From positions 372,001 to 436,000 of the forward strand of contig JASVEC010000011.1 of the NCBI GenBank assembly GCA_030770535.1: DNA of 64,000 nucleotides, written 5' to 3'. This document shows, piece by piece, positions 1 to 12,844 of this stretch. The notes under the pieces were generated by a model that was given only the letters and a program-made list of their open reading frames with translations, did no database searches and had not been told where the DNA came from. How positions within the stretch are numbered: the stretch's first letter is position 1; each line of letters opens with the position of its first letter. The stretch is from Batkoa obscura (lineage: Eukaryota). A program made the position numbers and the translations under genes.

Positions 1-893
1 AACTTCTTTCAACTGTTATTATTAGCCTCATGTTGAAGTTTATTTCATATTTTACTTTATTATCAAATTCAACTAAATTAAATTAAAACAATAAAATATA
101 TTAAAAGACTCTCTTAAACAATCAAAATAAAATAGTGATAACAATGACCCTTAATTTTAATTGGTAGTTTGTATTTTTTTTTTGATCAAGTGATGTCATC
201 TCTTATTATTTATTAATTTCTTTCTACTAATTAAATTTCCTTAAATTTTATTAGCTTTAATTAGTGATGGAAAATTAAATTATTATTTAATAGAACATTT
301 TAATGATTTTATTTAATATTTATTTATGATATTAAAGTAGTCTAAATATCTAAAAAAATTGTTAGAAGTTTTAAGAATTGATTAATTTTCATTATATGCT
401 ATGAAATGATTATAGTGATATTTATATCATTTAGTAAATTATATTAAATTATATTAAATTATATTAAATAAACCAAATACCCAATAATGAACACCTTAAT
501 TAATTACTTTCATTTTTGCCAAGATATTAACTATTATTCTATATTTAGGCTTTATTCGAAACAGTAATAGATAGAATACTTTTTAATAATCTTTTTTTAT
601 TTTTTTATTTTATTTATTTATTAAATTCTATTTTAATACTAATAGTACATTTATTATTTATCATACTATATTTAACCAAGTATAGTTTAGGAATTATTTT
701 TTTTAAGTTTTATTTTTGTTTAAAAAATTTAAAAATTGTTATCTTAATTCTATTAACTATCAATTAATTAATAAACAAGTTTTTATATATAAAAAATTGA
801 TTTTAAATATTCAATTCCAGTTAAGTATTAATATCAATTTACTGTTAGTAGTTATTGAATTAACTTAGTTGAGTTAAATATTTTTTTAGTTAA

Positions 894-937
894 ATAGTAA
901 TAGTAATAGTAATAGTAATAGTAATAGTAATAGTAAT
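894..937. repeat. (TAGTAA)n microsatellite
   Basis: About 7 tandem TAGTAA units read directly. Confidence 0.9.
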
Positions 938-1838
938 ATAATTTAATTATTGAGATATTATTTCTTTTAAATTTCTTAATAATTATAAATGCAAATAAAA
1001 TTTATTCCTTTTTTTAATAAAAAACTTTAGATTATTTTAATCTCACCTTATCAATCTTAGCTATTAAAAAATAACTAAAGTTAAATATTCTGATTTCATT
1101 TTACTTTATAAAAAAAGAAAAAGAAAACATTGAATATTTCATTCATAAATTCTTATTATGTTCGCTAAAATTATTTAAAAAAAGATAATTATCATATCCT
1201 CTTTTATTTTCTTATCAATTTTAATAAGGGTAATAAAAATAACCTTAATGTTTGAATTTAATTTAATTTTAAAATAAATTAAGCTTGAAAATAATGGCTC
1301 AAAATGTTTGAAAATAATAAAATTATTACTTTTTTTTACTAATAAAATACCGCTAACTTTTAATATCTTTTTATTATTTTTATTATTTTTATTTAACTTT
1401 CTTTTTTGAACATCACTGCTTGTAAGTTGAAATGCTTAATGAAATAATTGATATTTTTATTATGCTTTTTATTTTTAAACCTCACCACTTATCAAGTTGA
1501 AATATAAAAAAAAGAATAATAAAATTTACCACATAAATTAATAAATAAAATAAAGTGAATAAAAAGTAACTTAAATATATGCCCATAAAGTTTCATTGAT
1601 TTTTTGGGCAAAGAAATTAATTTTAATAAACTTAGATTTTCAATTGAACTGAAATTCAATTTATTAATTTACAGTAATAATTTTCAATAAAATTCTTTTT
1701 ATCTTGAGATTCAATCCAAAAATTAATAATAAAAATAAAATTGAAAATTTCCTTATAATAATTTAACATAATATTTTTTACTTTCATATTTCTGACTCAA
1801 TTAAAATCTTTCTTAAACTTATCTTCTTCCCATTGTTC

Positions 1839-2212
1839 TTAAATCAATTCAACATAATTAGCTAAAGAATACAATATAGTTAATATTTATCCTGTAATAA
1901 TAAAAATCAATTTTTTTTATTACCTGGAAATATACCAATTTTACTTTTTAATTTACCTGTCCACCAATCTTCATTACTATTAGTTTTTTTAATAACATCA
2001 ATAATATCTCCTTCCATAAATTCCAAATCACCTACTTCTTGAGCTTTATAATCATAAAGTGCTCTAGCTTTAGGTAATTTAGGTGCGGGTGGTGGTGGTG
2101 CTTTTCTTAATATAGGTGAAGTTGGTGCACTTAAATTATAAGCTGGTGGAGGTTGTAAATTAACTGGATTAGATACAGATCGTTGATGAGATAATGATTT
2201 TGGTACTAATAA

Positions 2213-2258
<46 letters not shown>

Positions 2259-3585
2259 GAAGCTGTTGTAGAGATAGACCCAAATCGATTACGATGACCA
2301 CTTAAATTATTATCCTTTTCATTATTAATTGATAACCTACTATTTGATTCTTCGGATTTTGCTTTTAATCGATCCATAAAATTAGAACTTGCTTTACGAC
2401 CAATAGAATTAGACAAGAAATCAATTTTAGTAAATAAATGTTCATAGTTTTGTTTTTTTAATTCAAAACCTTGTATTGGACTTGTATTCCAATTTAATTG
2501 ATTTAATGTATTTAATTGACTCATAGATTCAAAATAAATACTACTAACTTGATGTTGTATTTGAAAACTTATTATAAATATTGGATATAAAAATTCATTT
2601 TTTAAATCAAATAATTTAGGTAAATCATTTAATAATATTTCATTAATTTGACTATATTCTTGATCTGCTATTTGTGTTAATTGTTCATACTATTAAAATA
2701 AGATTAATAAATTAATATAATAATAATAATATTACTATTATTGTTTACCTTATATAATTTCTTTTCATCTGAAACATCCCTATTAACTTTACTATTTAAT
2801 TTAGTAACTACTTCACTATGTCGATTTAAATCAACTAATTTATGAGCTCTTTTTAAAATCAATTTACGAATACTTCTCAAATTTGATACAACTTCAGTAG
2901 TTGGTTTAATTACTCTATCATCTAATTGATACTAATAGAAAAGAGATTAACAAAAAAATTATATTATATTAATAAAATTATATTAATAAAATTATATTAT
3001 TATTTTATCAACTTACTAATAAATCTGAAACAGTAACTTTAATACTTGTTGAAGTTTCTAAATATAATAAAATAGCTCTTTTAAATTCAGATTGAATATT
3101 AGCTTTATCATTATCACCAATGGTTTCATATAATGATGAAAATAATACTGAAATTTCATATTGATGATTTAAAAATGCTATATAAAAAACAATCTAATTA
3201 ATCATTGTATTAGCGGCATCAATATAAATTAATCTACCATTAGCACAGCTACGATATTGATTTAATTGACCTAAAAATAAATCAAAATCTTCCTCCATAC
3301 CACGTAATCGACTTTCATATAGCTCAAAGTCCTCACCTTGAGAAACACCACCTAAAAACAAAATACAAGTAAATAAAATAAATAAATAAATAAATAAAAC
3401 CGAGTGAATTCAATTAAAACTATAAATTTTCAATGTTGAATACCAATACTACCTTTTGATAACCCAACTTTGGACTTTAAATTATGAGGTAATCTATCGA
3501 CTGCTTTTTTAAATCCTTTCCTATTACAATTTATATTATTATTACTTATTATTATTTAATATAAACAATTAGTTTACCAACTCAT
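1839..3585 (-). CDS. N-BAR + SH3 domain protein (Rvs167/Hob1/amphiphysin-like), multi-exon
   Basis: Spliced N-terminus reads MSW|KGFKKAVDRLPHNLKSKVGLSK|GGVSQGEDFELYESRLRGMEE, a typical fungal N-BAR helix 0. ORF 1907..2524 carries a poly-Asn/Pro linker and an SH3 domain (ARALYDY...DLEF...DWWTG...GIFP). The last exon adds ANYVELI* with the stop at 1839-1841. Confidence 0.88.
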
Positions 3586-4184
3586 CTTTTAATTATAAAC
3601 TTTAAAAAAAATATTTGGAACCTTAGTCCAATTATTTTTTCTTTTGAATGACTTCATTTCTAATAAAATAATTTTAATTGGCTTAAATAAACTTTGGTAA
3701 ACCTAAATTACTAATTAGAAAATCAAATTCTTTTATTACATATTTTATATTAATCGATTTTTTGTATATAAAATATAAATTTAAGTACATATTTAAAGAA
3801 ACAATATTATTATATGGTTATATAAGTTGATAAAAATTTATTAACAAAAACAATTTGTATTGTATTCTATTCAAAACATCAATAACTTGAACATTGTTCC
3901 ATTTTAGAAATTACCCAATTTAGTAAAAGTTCCTATAAAAGTTCCATTAAAAATTCACCATAAATGCTATTAAATTCCAGCTATCAAACTTGATTAGTTT
4001 TTCCAATAAATATAATAATATTCAAAATTTGTATATTATACTATTTTAAATAAATTATATATTATCGAGTGATAATTTAGAACACTAATGGGCATTCTCA
4101 TTGAATTTTAAAAAATAATTAATAGAATCTCAGTTTAATAATTTGTCTCGAATTTTTATTTAAAAAAAATCACTCAATCCAGTT

Positions 4185-7124
4185 TCACATTTCCTTTTTC
4201 TCACTCTCTATCACTTTCTCACTTTCCGACTTTACTTTCTCCCCTTCTTCAAACTGTTTAACCACTTTATCAATCTTTTCAAATTGTGTATCAAACTTTG
4301 GATTATACAAAAAAGGCCTTAAATCAAACCTATGATCATCTGGGGAATATTGTTCCGCATGATAAGCTGGTGTCAAAGTGGTCATTTTATGTCGATTAAT
4401 TGCGTAATAAAAGAAAAATCGCTTTACTTTAATTGCAATCTCACTTAAGCTACATTGATCTCCCCATTCCGATATTAATTTTAAAAACATAGAGTAAGGC
4501 CCAAGTTTATCGATTTTTCGTAATTGACCAAAGATAGAAAGCTCATTATAAGTCATACCCATTTCAGCTTCATCAAGTTGTTCACCACACGAGAGATCTT
4601 CTCCTTCTTTAATTATCGTTGGGATTAATTCGGCACTGGGTTGAGCTTGTAAAAAGCTAAATAGAAAAAATTGATTGTTAATAAAAAAATTTCATTCAAC
4701 TTTTCTTTTTTGATTTTTTAAACTTACCTAGGTAACGAATCCAACTTTAAAGCTTGATGAGCATATTCTAAAAACATTCTTAAATCCAATTTAGAAATCG
4801 AACCAATTGGATTTAAGTCAGCTGAGGAACAATCATATTTGGTAAAATAACCACGTAAACTTTCATCTACATTAGCACTACCTAAAACTAACAACCCACC
4901 TACCTTACCTCGACACCATGGTAACAATTGGGCAAATAAATAGGATAATACCATTCGCATTCGTGCCTAAAATAGAAAAAAGTTAATGACTATAGCTGCA
5001 TTGGGTTATAATGGCTATTACTTGAATATTTTGTAAAGCCAAATTTTCTGCATTACTACCTCCATGTACTGAAAATTTTGGTGTGTTTCCAGTCACTAAA
5101 GTGAATAGTGTAAGAATACTACTGACTACATTATCCATGTTGAAATCTAAATGATAACTATATTTATATATATTAGCCTTGATTAATATTGTTATGGAGA
5201 TGAATGATATGGTATGATATGATATGATATAATTGAACAAAAATCTTACCTTCCTATTTCTTCGGCTAATTTAGCAGCTCTTCGTCGAGTTGCTGTACCA
5301 GAATGTACAGTTCCTATATAACCCGTGTGGAAAATGTGGCTATTGGAATTGATTACCAATTTAATATAAAAAAGAAAGTGTATAATAAAAAACTACTTAC
5401 TTAGCCAATTCTTTACCAGTTTCTGGTATACAACCAGTAATTCTTTTAACATCACTAATTACAATTTCATCTATAATAAAAAAAATTAAAAAAATTAAAT
5501 AAATATGCTTAATTAATTAAATTACAAATTAACTTACTTTTTTCTTTACATGCTTTAATTACCAAATCACACATAGATGCTACAATAACTGCTGTTGAAC
5601 AGGAATCTAATCCTCCACTTAATGGTAGAAAATACCCTAATTGATTAGATCGTCTTAAATAATCCCATAACCAACAAGCTGGGCCTAAACTAATAATAAT
5701 AATAATAGTAAATATATTAGTATATCTTTATCACCTCATAAAAACTTATTTACCTAATTTCTTCTGCTGGTGTATGATATCTTGGTAATTGAGGTTTACT
5801 AGGTCTTAAACCAGGTATTGGTTTATTAATTGATAATGCAAAATCGACCTTAATTCTTGGATATTTTTTAGTATTAGCTGCTTGTAATGATCTTGCTTTA
5901 AAACTTGTACGATAAGTACGAATAGCTTCTAAATCAACGGTAGCTATTAAAACTTCCTAGATTAAAATTAAGTTTAGTTACTCAGATGTTATTTGTATTT
6001 AGTTGTATGTTTTTTGTTTAGGGAGGAGAATTAAATAACTTACTACATCATCCAATGAAAATTGATTTCCTTGAATTAATAATTCCCCATTTAATGCGAT
6101 CATTGAACAGCCATCATAGTAAACTCGATCTCCATCACATCCTTTTTGATTAGCATAAAGGTAAGCACCACCGCTCTAAAAATATTAAACAAATTATCAA
6201 TCAATTTAAATATGTTAAATATATTTCCTATTATTTTTGTTATTATTACCTTTGTAGTAGCTCCTTTAACTAATTCAATTCTTTTATGTAATTTTCTTAA
6301 TTCATGATGAGAACCACTACCATTTGTAAATATTTCAATACCATCTAATCCCATGTGGATATGGGGACTATTATTTATATTAAAATATATTTATTTAATA
6401 ACAATAAGATTACCTATTAGGAGTAAATAATTCCTCACACATGTCCACTCCAATACAAGTATCTAAAGTAGAAATAACACCATCACCAAATGGAACTGTT
6501 TCCTATAAATAATAAATTTAAATAAAAAAAATCCTTCTCTTTACTTACTTGTCCTTTTAATTCTCTAATAATTCTAGGTAAATAATGATCTTCAATAAAA
6601 TGAGGTTGTAACCAAGGAGTAAACCATCTCATTTCTCTATAATTACCATCATTGGCTAACCATTGTTTGGGTCGAATTAACAATACTTGACTATTATAAA
6701 AAAATATTCGACAATTATAATTCACATTTTTATGTCGTATTGGCCTAAGTTAATAAATAAAAATTAATCCAAATTATTACTTTTATTAGTTAATTTATAC
6801 CTACATTCCTACATCAATTAAAATGTCGTAAAGTGATTCATCCGATAATAATTCATACAAAGATTCCCAAGCATGAAGATAAGTATCACTTTCTAAAAAA
6901 TGATCTTGACATCCATAGCCACTAATAATATTATTATATATTATATATTATATATACCAATATAAATAATATTCTTACGTTATTTCTAATTCTGGACCAA
7001 TTCTTAATTTTGCTCCTTTTTGTTTAGCTTCTATAATAGATTGTTTAATTCTTTTTAAATTGCCAGTAAAATCTAAGCTCCATTGATTTAATGAACATGT
7101 TGCTACAATAGCCAAATGACCCAT
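4185..7124 (-). CDS. QNS1: Glutamine-dependent NAD(+) synthetase, multi-exon
   Basis: Nitrilase-type N-terminus [26 protein letters not shown]...[14 protein letters not shown], then [78 protein letters not shown] and C-terminal [20 protein letters not shown]. Confidence 0.96.
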
Positions 7125-7784
7125 TACAATATATAGAATTAATAGTTGATAACAATAGAGAGAATGGATCTTTTTTAAATTGTGATTTCAAATTTTCAAA
7201 TTTGAAATTTCGACAATTGATTGAATTAGATTCGTTAATTGGTCAAAATGATAAAAAGTGACTATTAAATTTTTTTGATATTTTTTAGGGAAATTGAAAT
7301 TGAAATTGAAATTGAAAATATTCGAAATTTATAAATGGAGAGAATATTGATTATATATAAGACTATTGAGTTTTGTTTTTATTTTAATAATAATATAATA
7401 CATTTAAAATTATACTAGCAATTACTATTGAATTACTATGACAAGTTTATTATTTAATAGTTAACATTTGAACATTTAACATAGTTATTAATATTCTATT
7501 ATTTATTTCTTTATCAAAAAGCTAATGTTATTATAATAATATAAATAGTAACGATAGAGTTTATCATTGAATATATATGTGAAATAGAATAAGATTTAAC
7601 ATGTACAACATAAACAATTGATACTTTTATAATATAATATAATATAATATAATATAATATAACATGATAAAAATAAGATTAAATATAAAATAAAAACAAT
7701 AACTGCTCATTTTGTAAATCACTAATTTATCTATTAATCAAATTTTATAAATGTTCAACATTTACAATATTATTAATCAAAACT

Positions 7785-8476
7785 TTATTCATCAAATATA
7801 AATTCAATATCAATTCGAGTATTTCTAATGCCACTAATTTTTGGTAATTTTCGATAGATTAAATTATTTTCATTATCTCCTTCCTCTTCTAATTTAGCAT
7901 TGCGAAGCCCCAATTTAATAGCTTTATCATCCTTATCTTTATGACCGCCCTCAATATCATTGCTTCTCATATCTTTAATCTCCGCGAATGACTTTGATTG
8001 GATATGGACATTAATCACAACATTCCCATCATTATCAACTTCATCTTTAACTCTCTCTTTCATTCCACGGTTATTATACTTCCTTTCATTCCTCATTTCA
8101 CCCCCCACATTACATTTCTTATCATTTACTTTCTCCCATTTCACTTGAAATTTCGATTCATCTCCATCAACTAATTTTCGAAACACTTTCTCACTCATCT
8201 TAATACTGCTCTCTGCTTTCCCTACAGCCCTCACATACACTAATTTACCATTATTGTTAGTTACTTCAAAACAAGAATTACATTCTTGAGAAGTTAAATT
8301 GAATATTAAAGCCACAAAACTTGGGTTATAACGGGATAAACTATGATGGCAGAAATCAGTCGGTAATGAAGTTTCCAAGAGATTGAGAAGGGAGATGGAT
8401 CCAATGTGTTAGGGGCTATGGATAAAGTGGAGATCGTGGAAAGTAGGAAAGTTAATAAAATTAATTTTAGGCTCAT
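7785..8476 (-). pseudogene. Divergent secreted DPBB-domain protein of the 41-50 kb family, frameshifted after the signal peptide (pseudogene or sequencing indel)
   Basis: ATG at 8476 gives a signal peptide (MSLKLILLTFLLSTISTLSIAP) that is out of frame with ORF 7785..8378, and there is no GT donor between them. The ORF (FC...LTSQECNSCFEVTNNNGKLVYVRAV...VKWEKV...KC) aligns with the tandem family (FC...LTLNECGACLKVTAKNGKFVYVMAV...AKWEKV...HC). Confidence 0.7.
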
Positions 8477-9260
8477 TGGTTTTTATTTATATATCAAAGT
8501 TGGACGTTATTCGCAGGATAAGAATATATTGAGTGATAGAGGCTTTGAAAGTGTTTTTATATTCATTCAATTGTTGATTTATGTGTATTTACTGATTACA
8601 GCTTAAATTCCATACAATTAATTGATTCATTCTATTTTTAATTATATTTCAAAATTCATTGTACTTTTTAGATCTATTTCCATTAATTTGAGTATAATTA
8701 GTAACAAGCATATATTCAAATTGGTTATGGTATCATTGATGAGTGAAAGAAACAAATTGATATATTTAAAATGAAAATGCCAGTTGTTAAAATCTCAACA
8801 TAGTTGGAAATCCGTTGCCTATAGTTAATCCTAGATTGTTGAAATAGGTTGTACTTAATATTCGAAAAAAGGTTAGTTGTATTAAATCAATAAATGAAGA
8901 TCAATTTCAGTAATTTTTAAGTATTAAAGTCTATTTTTTTATAATGATTTTAACAACTAAAGTTTGGTAATACAAGGAGTTAATTAAGAAAATTTAATTT
9001 TATTAGATTGATATTTTTATCAACTTTTTGCTTTCCTATAAATGACTTTCAGTCAGAATATATGCTAATTAAATTATTAGCTCAATTTTCAAAATTGCAT
9101 AATTTTTAAAAAGTTAAGTCAAAAATTAATACAATGTTGACTTTTATTTTTTGATAAAATTTCAATGTATTAATACTTTAATTTTGTAATTGATTTTATT
9201 ATATAAAATAAATAAAATGGATTTAAATAATAATAATAATAAAAATTGAATTTTATTTTT

Positions 9261-9740
9261 TGTGAAAGGGTACTCAGTGGTAGGAGTTAAAAGCAGTTCT
9301 TGCTTGATTAACTTGCCTTGAGTCGAACAGTTTTAGTTTATGTAACTAAGATAGACTTAAATTAATAGGAATTATACATAATAAGCTACGAATTATGTAA
9401 AACAAATAGAATAGAAGATACTACTGTAAAATCTATGTAAGATGTTGTCAGAAAAACTTAGTGACTTTATTAATAGTACGATATCAGGGAGCAATTCAAT
9501 TAAAAAAGCCTCGAGTTATCATGTTGAAGAATCTCTTTTATACTCCAACTGGGTGGCTATATATAAGGAACATTGTAGCAGTTATTCCTTATTATAGTCG
9601 CCAAGTATCGACATTAAAATGTGGACAGTAAATTCTTCGCGATCAGGTGGTAGAAATTCTCACAGTAAATCTATATAAGGAACTCTGAATTGATTATTAT
9701 GTTATAATCAATCATAGAGCTGATGAACCGATATTTCACA
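9261..9740 (+). mobile_element. Solo LTR
   Basis: TGTGAAA...TTTCACA termini, about 480 bp, homologous to other copies in the window. No TSD is visible. Confidence 0.8.
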
Positions 9741-10219
9741 TAGGGATGTCTGAATTAATTTAGTTTTTTATTAAAAAGCAAAAGTACTCAACACACTTTT
9801 AAATCATTTTATTATAATATATATTATAAATCAACAAAATTTTTACTAAATTTAATAAAAATTACTGTATTAGTAAAAGTCTTATCAATGTAGCTTATAT
9901 ATTGATATTAATTAAAATTGTAATATAAATAAATAAATATTTTTGTAAAGCTTTGTTAAAATTTTTTTATTACTGACTGTTTTATAGCTAATATTCCAAA
10001 TTTGCCATTAAATAAGTAAATAAATAGTTTTAATATTATAATTACATCATTAATATATTACTAAGTTAACAAATAGCTGTATAAAAAGGAGTGGTTAGCC
10101 TCAAAGCTATAACTAGCCATTTTTATGTAATATAGGCAATATAATAATAGTTTTTATTTATTATTATAATTACTTGCTTTTTAACTATTTACTAACTTAG
10201 CTATTAATAATTTAAGTAA

Positions 10220-10802
10220 TATGAAAGTTGGTATTTAATGGCCAAAGTTAAAAGCAGTTTTTGCTTAATTAACTGGCTGTGAGTCAAAAAAATCTTAGTT
10301 TATATAACTAAGATAAGCTTAAATTTATAAAAATAATACATAATAAGCAATAAACTATATAAAACAAATAAAATAAAAGATATTACTGTAAAATTTATAT
10401 AGGGATGTATTTTTGTGTTAGAATTTTACTAACGATTTTTCTGCTCAAATAGCGCTTAAAAGATGGAAAAAGTGATGAAGCCAAAAAAAACACCCCCATA
10501 TAAAATACTATAAAACTTAATAGCTTTATTAAAAATACAATATCAGGAAATAATTTAATTAAAAAGCTTCCAGTTATTATATTAAAAACTCTACTTTATA
10601 TTTTAATTAGGTGGGTGTATATATGAAACATGATAACATTTATAATTTATTATTGTAGTTGTCAAATATAGATATTAAAATAAAAAAATAATGTTTTTTC
10701 CAATTGGGTAGTAGAGATTTTTATAGCAAATAAAAATAAAAAACTTTAATTGTACCACATGAACCATAATTAATTATAAAGCTGATAAAGCAATATTTCG
10801 TA
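10220..10802 (+). mobile_element. Degenerate solo LTR interrupted by a MITE
   Basis: TATGAAAGTTGG...GCAATATTTCG termini; MITE at 10401-10497 lies inside. Confidence 0.72.
10401..10497 (+). mobile_element. ~98-bp Sola-related MITE
   Basis: AGGGATGT...ACACCCCC termini, ATAT TSD. Confidence 0.85.
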
Positions 10803-10924
10803 CTGGATTTTTATAATTACTTGATATATACTTAAAAAATGTTGGCCTAGCTATTGGTTTATTTTTAAAATTATTAAAATATTTACTATATATCATCTTC
10901 TTACTTTTATTTAATATAATATAT

Positions 10925-11524
10925 AAGGGTGTTTTTTTAGCTTTATTACTTTTTTTATCTTTTAAGTGCTATCTAAGCAGAAAAATTCTTAATAAAATTC
11001 TTAAATATAAAAAAACATCTGTGAAATATTGCTTTATCAGCTCTCAGATTAATTATAAAATAATAAGCATTGAACTTGTTTACAAAACTAGTTGTAGTCT
11101 TGTAATCAATTTAACCATGAACCATGTGGTATAATCAATCCAGAGTTCCTTGTTTTGATTTGTTGTGAGGATTTCTAATTTCATATTGCAAAGAATGATA
11201 TCCTCTCGTTTTGATATCCGTACTTGTTGAAGTATAGAAGAGATTCTTCAACATGATAACTCGAGGCTTTTTTAATTGAATTGCTCCCTGATATCGTACT
11301 ATTAATAAAGTCACTAAGTTTTTCTGACAACATCTTACATAGATTTTACAGTAGTATCTTCTATTCTATTTGTTTTACATAATTCGTAGCTTATTATGTA
11401 TAATTCCTATTAATTTAAGTCTATCTTAGTTACATAAACTAAAACTGTTCGACTCAAGGCAAGTTAATCAAGCAAGAACTGCTTTTAACTCCAACCATTG
11501 AGTACCAAACTTTCACACATCCCT
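10925..11524 (-). mobile_element. ~98-bp MITE split by solo LTR 11020..11517
   Basis: MITE body at 10925-11019 resumes at 11518-11524; ATAT on both flanks. Confidence 0.75.
11020..11517 (-). mobile_element. Solo LTR, TSD CATC
   Basis: TGTGAAATATTGC...TTTCACA with CATC duplicated at 11016-19 and 11518-21. Confidence 0.88.
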
Positions 11525-11528
11525 ATAT

Positions 11529-11627
11529 GAGGATGTATTTTTTTTGTTTAAGAATTTTACTAACAATCTTTCCGCTCAAATAACGCTTAAAAATGGAAAA
11601 AATAATGAAACCAAAAAAAACACCCCC
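11529..11627 (+). mobile_element. ~98-bp Sola-related MITE
   Basis: Family consensus sequence, ATAT flanks. Confidence 0.85.
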
Positions 11628-11949
11628 ATATATTACTTAATAAATGTTTATTATCATTATTTTTTTTATTAAATCTTGATAAGATAGTTGAGTTAATAAA
11701 TATTATATAATAATTTTTATTTGCTCATTTTTATTTTTATTTTCATGTTTTTAATAATAGGTTATAATATTGGTACTTTATTGTTACTAATTATTCAAAA
11801 ATAATTATATTATTTTTACTTATGTTAAATTCAAAACTTTTATATTTATCAAAAAAATATACTGGAATTATAATTAATAATAATGCTACTTGTTAGTTTC
11901 TGTTTCCTATTTCCTTTAAAGCATTAATTATATATATTGCTTGATTAAG

Positions 11950-11950
<1 letters not shown>

Positions 11951-12014
<64 letters not shown>
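11951..12014. repeat. (TTA)n microsatellite inside decayed transposase
   Basis: About 21 TTA units read directly. Confidence 0.9.
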
Positions 12015-12015
<1 letters not shown>

Positions 12016-12247
12016 AAATTTTATAAACTCTGGGTTATTATAAATAATTATTAAAATTAAAACAAATTATAATGTTCATATAATGTGCTTTTCTTTATTA
12101 TATTAAAATTTTTAAAAATTCCATTTTGAAGTTTAGTTATAAAAGCTTGAATTTTGTTTTTATTCTAATAAAAAATAAAGTCGAATAATTATATAATTAT
12201 ATATCATATATCTATTAAACATTTAATAAAAATAATATAAAACATAT

Positions 12248-12346
12248 ATGGATGTTTTTTTTGGTTTCATTGCTTTTTCCATTTTTTAAGCGCTATTTGA
12301 GCGGAAAGATTGTTAGTAAAATTCTTAAACAAGAAAACTCATCCCT
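12248..12346 (-). mobile_element. ~98-bp Sola-related MITE
   Basis: Family consensus in reverse orientation. Confidence 0.8.
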
Positions 12347-12844
12347 GTATAATTAAAAAATTAAGCTTTAGTTTAAAATTGGACTTTTTGAAAATAGACA
12401 GTTTTCTGTTGAAATTTGAAAGTTTCCAATATTATCAATATAGTAAGTGAATAAACCTATGTAATATATTAATTTCATCCTTTAAATCCTATCATCAGAT
12501 AATGACATAAGCTTATAAAGTGGTTTTATTTTATCCGTTAAAGTAACTAATAAATGAAGGGAGTTTATATAATAAAGCAGATAAATCCACTAATTATATT
12601 ACTTTATTAAAAATATAGACAAACAAAGGATTTGAATTATAAGATTATATCAATACAAAGGAAATCAAAATTTTAAAAAATACTAGTTTTCATATATACG
12701 TTCTTATTTTTATTACTCAAAATAAAAAAGATCGAAAGATTTAAAATTATATATACATATATTATATTATATTATATTATATTATATCATACTATACTCA
12801 AATTATTTACTTATAGACAAATTGTATCATTCCCCATCCCTTCT

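Larger units (their letters stand above)
9742..12240 (-). mobile_element. Degenerate, internally deleted Sola2-like transposon copy with nested solo LTRs and MITEs
   Basis: 9742-10219 is the reverse complement of the right end of 17610..20927. 10803-10920 and 11630-12210 match the reverse complement of transposase region ~18190-18870. Confidence 0.75.

Noticed and set aside
1..1800. Extremely AT-rich stretch as a centromere or origin
   Set aside because: It is indistinguishable from other intergenic DNA in this window and has no diagnostic structure.
2214..2257. (TTA)n / poly-Asn tract in the BAR-SH3 gene
   Set aside because: An ordinary low-complexity linker in an AT-rich genome.
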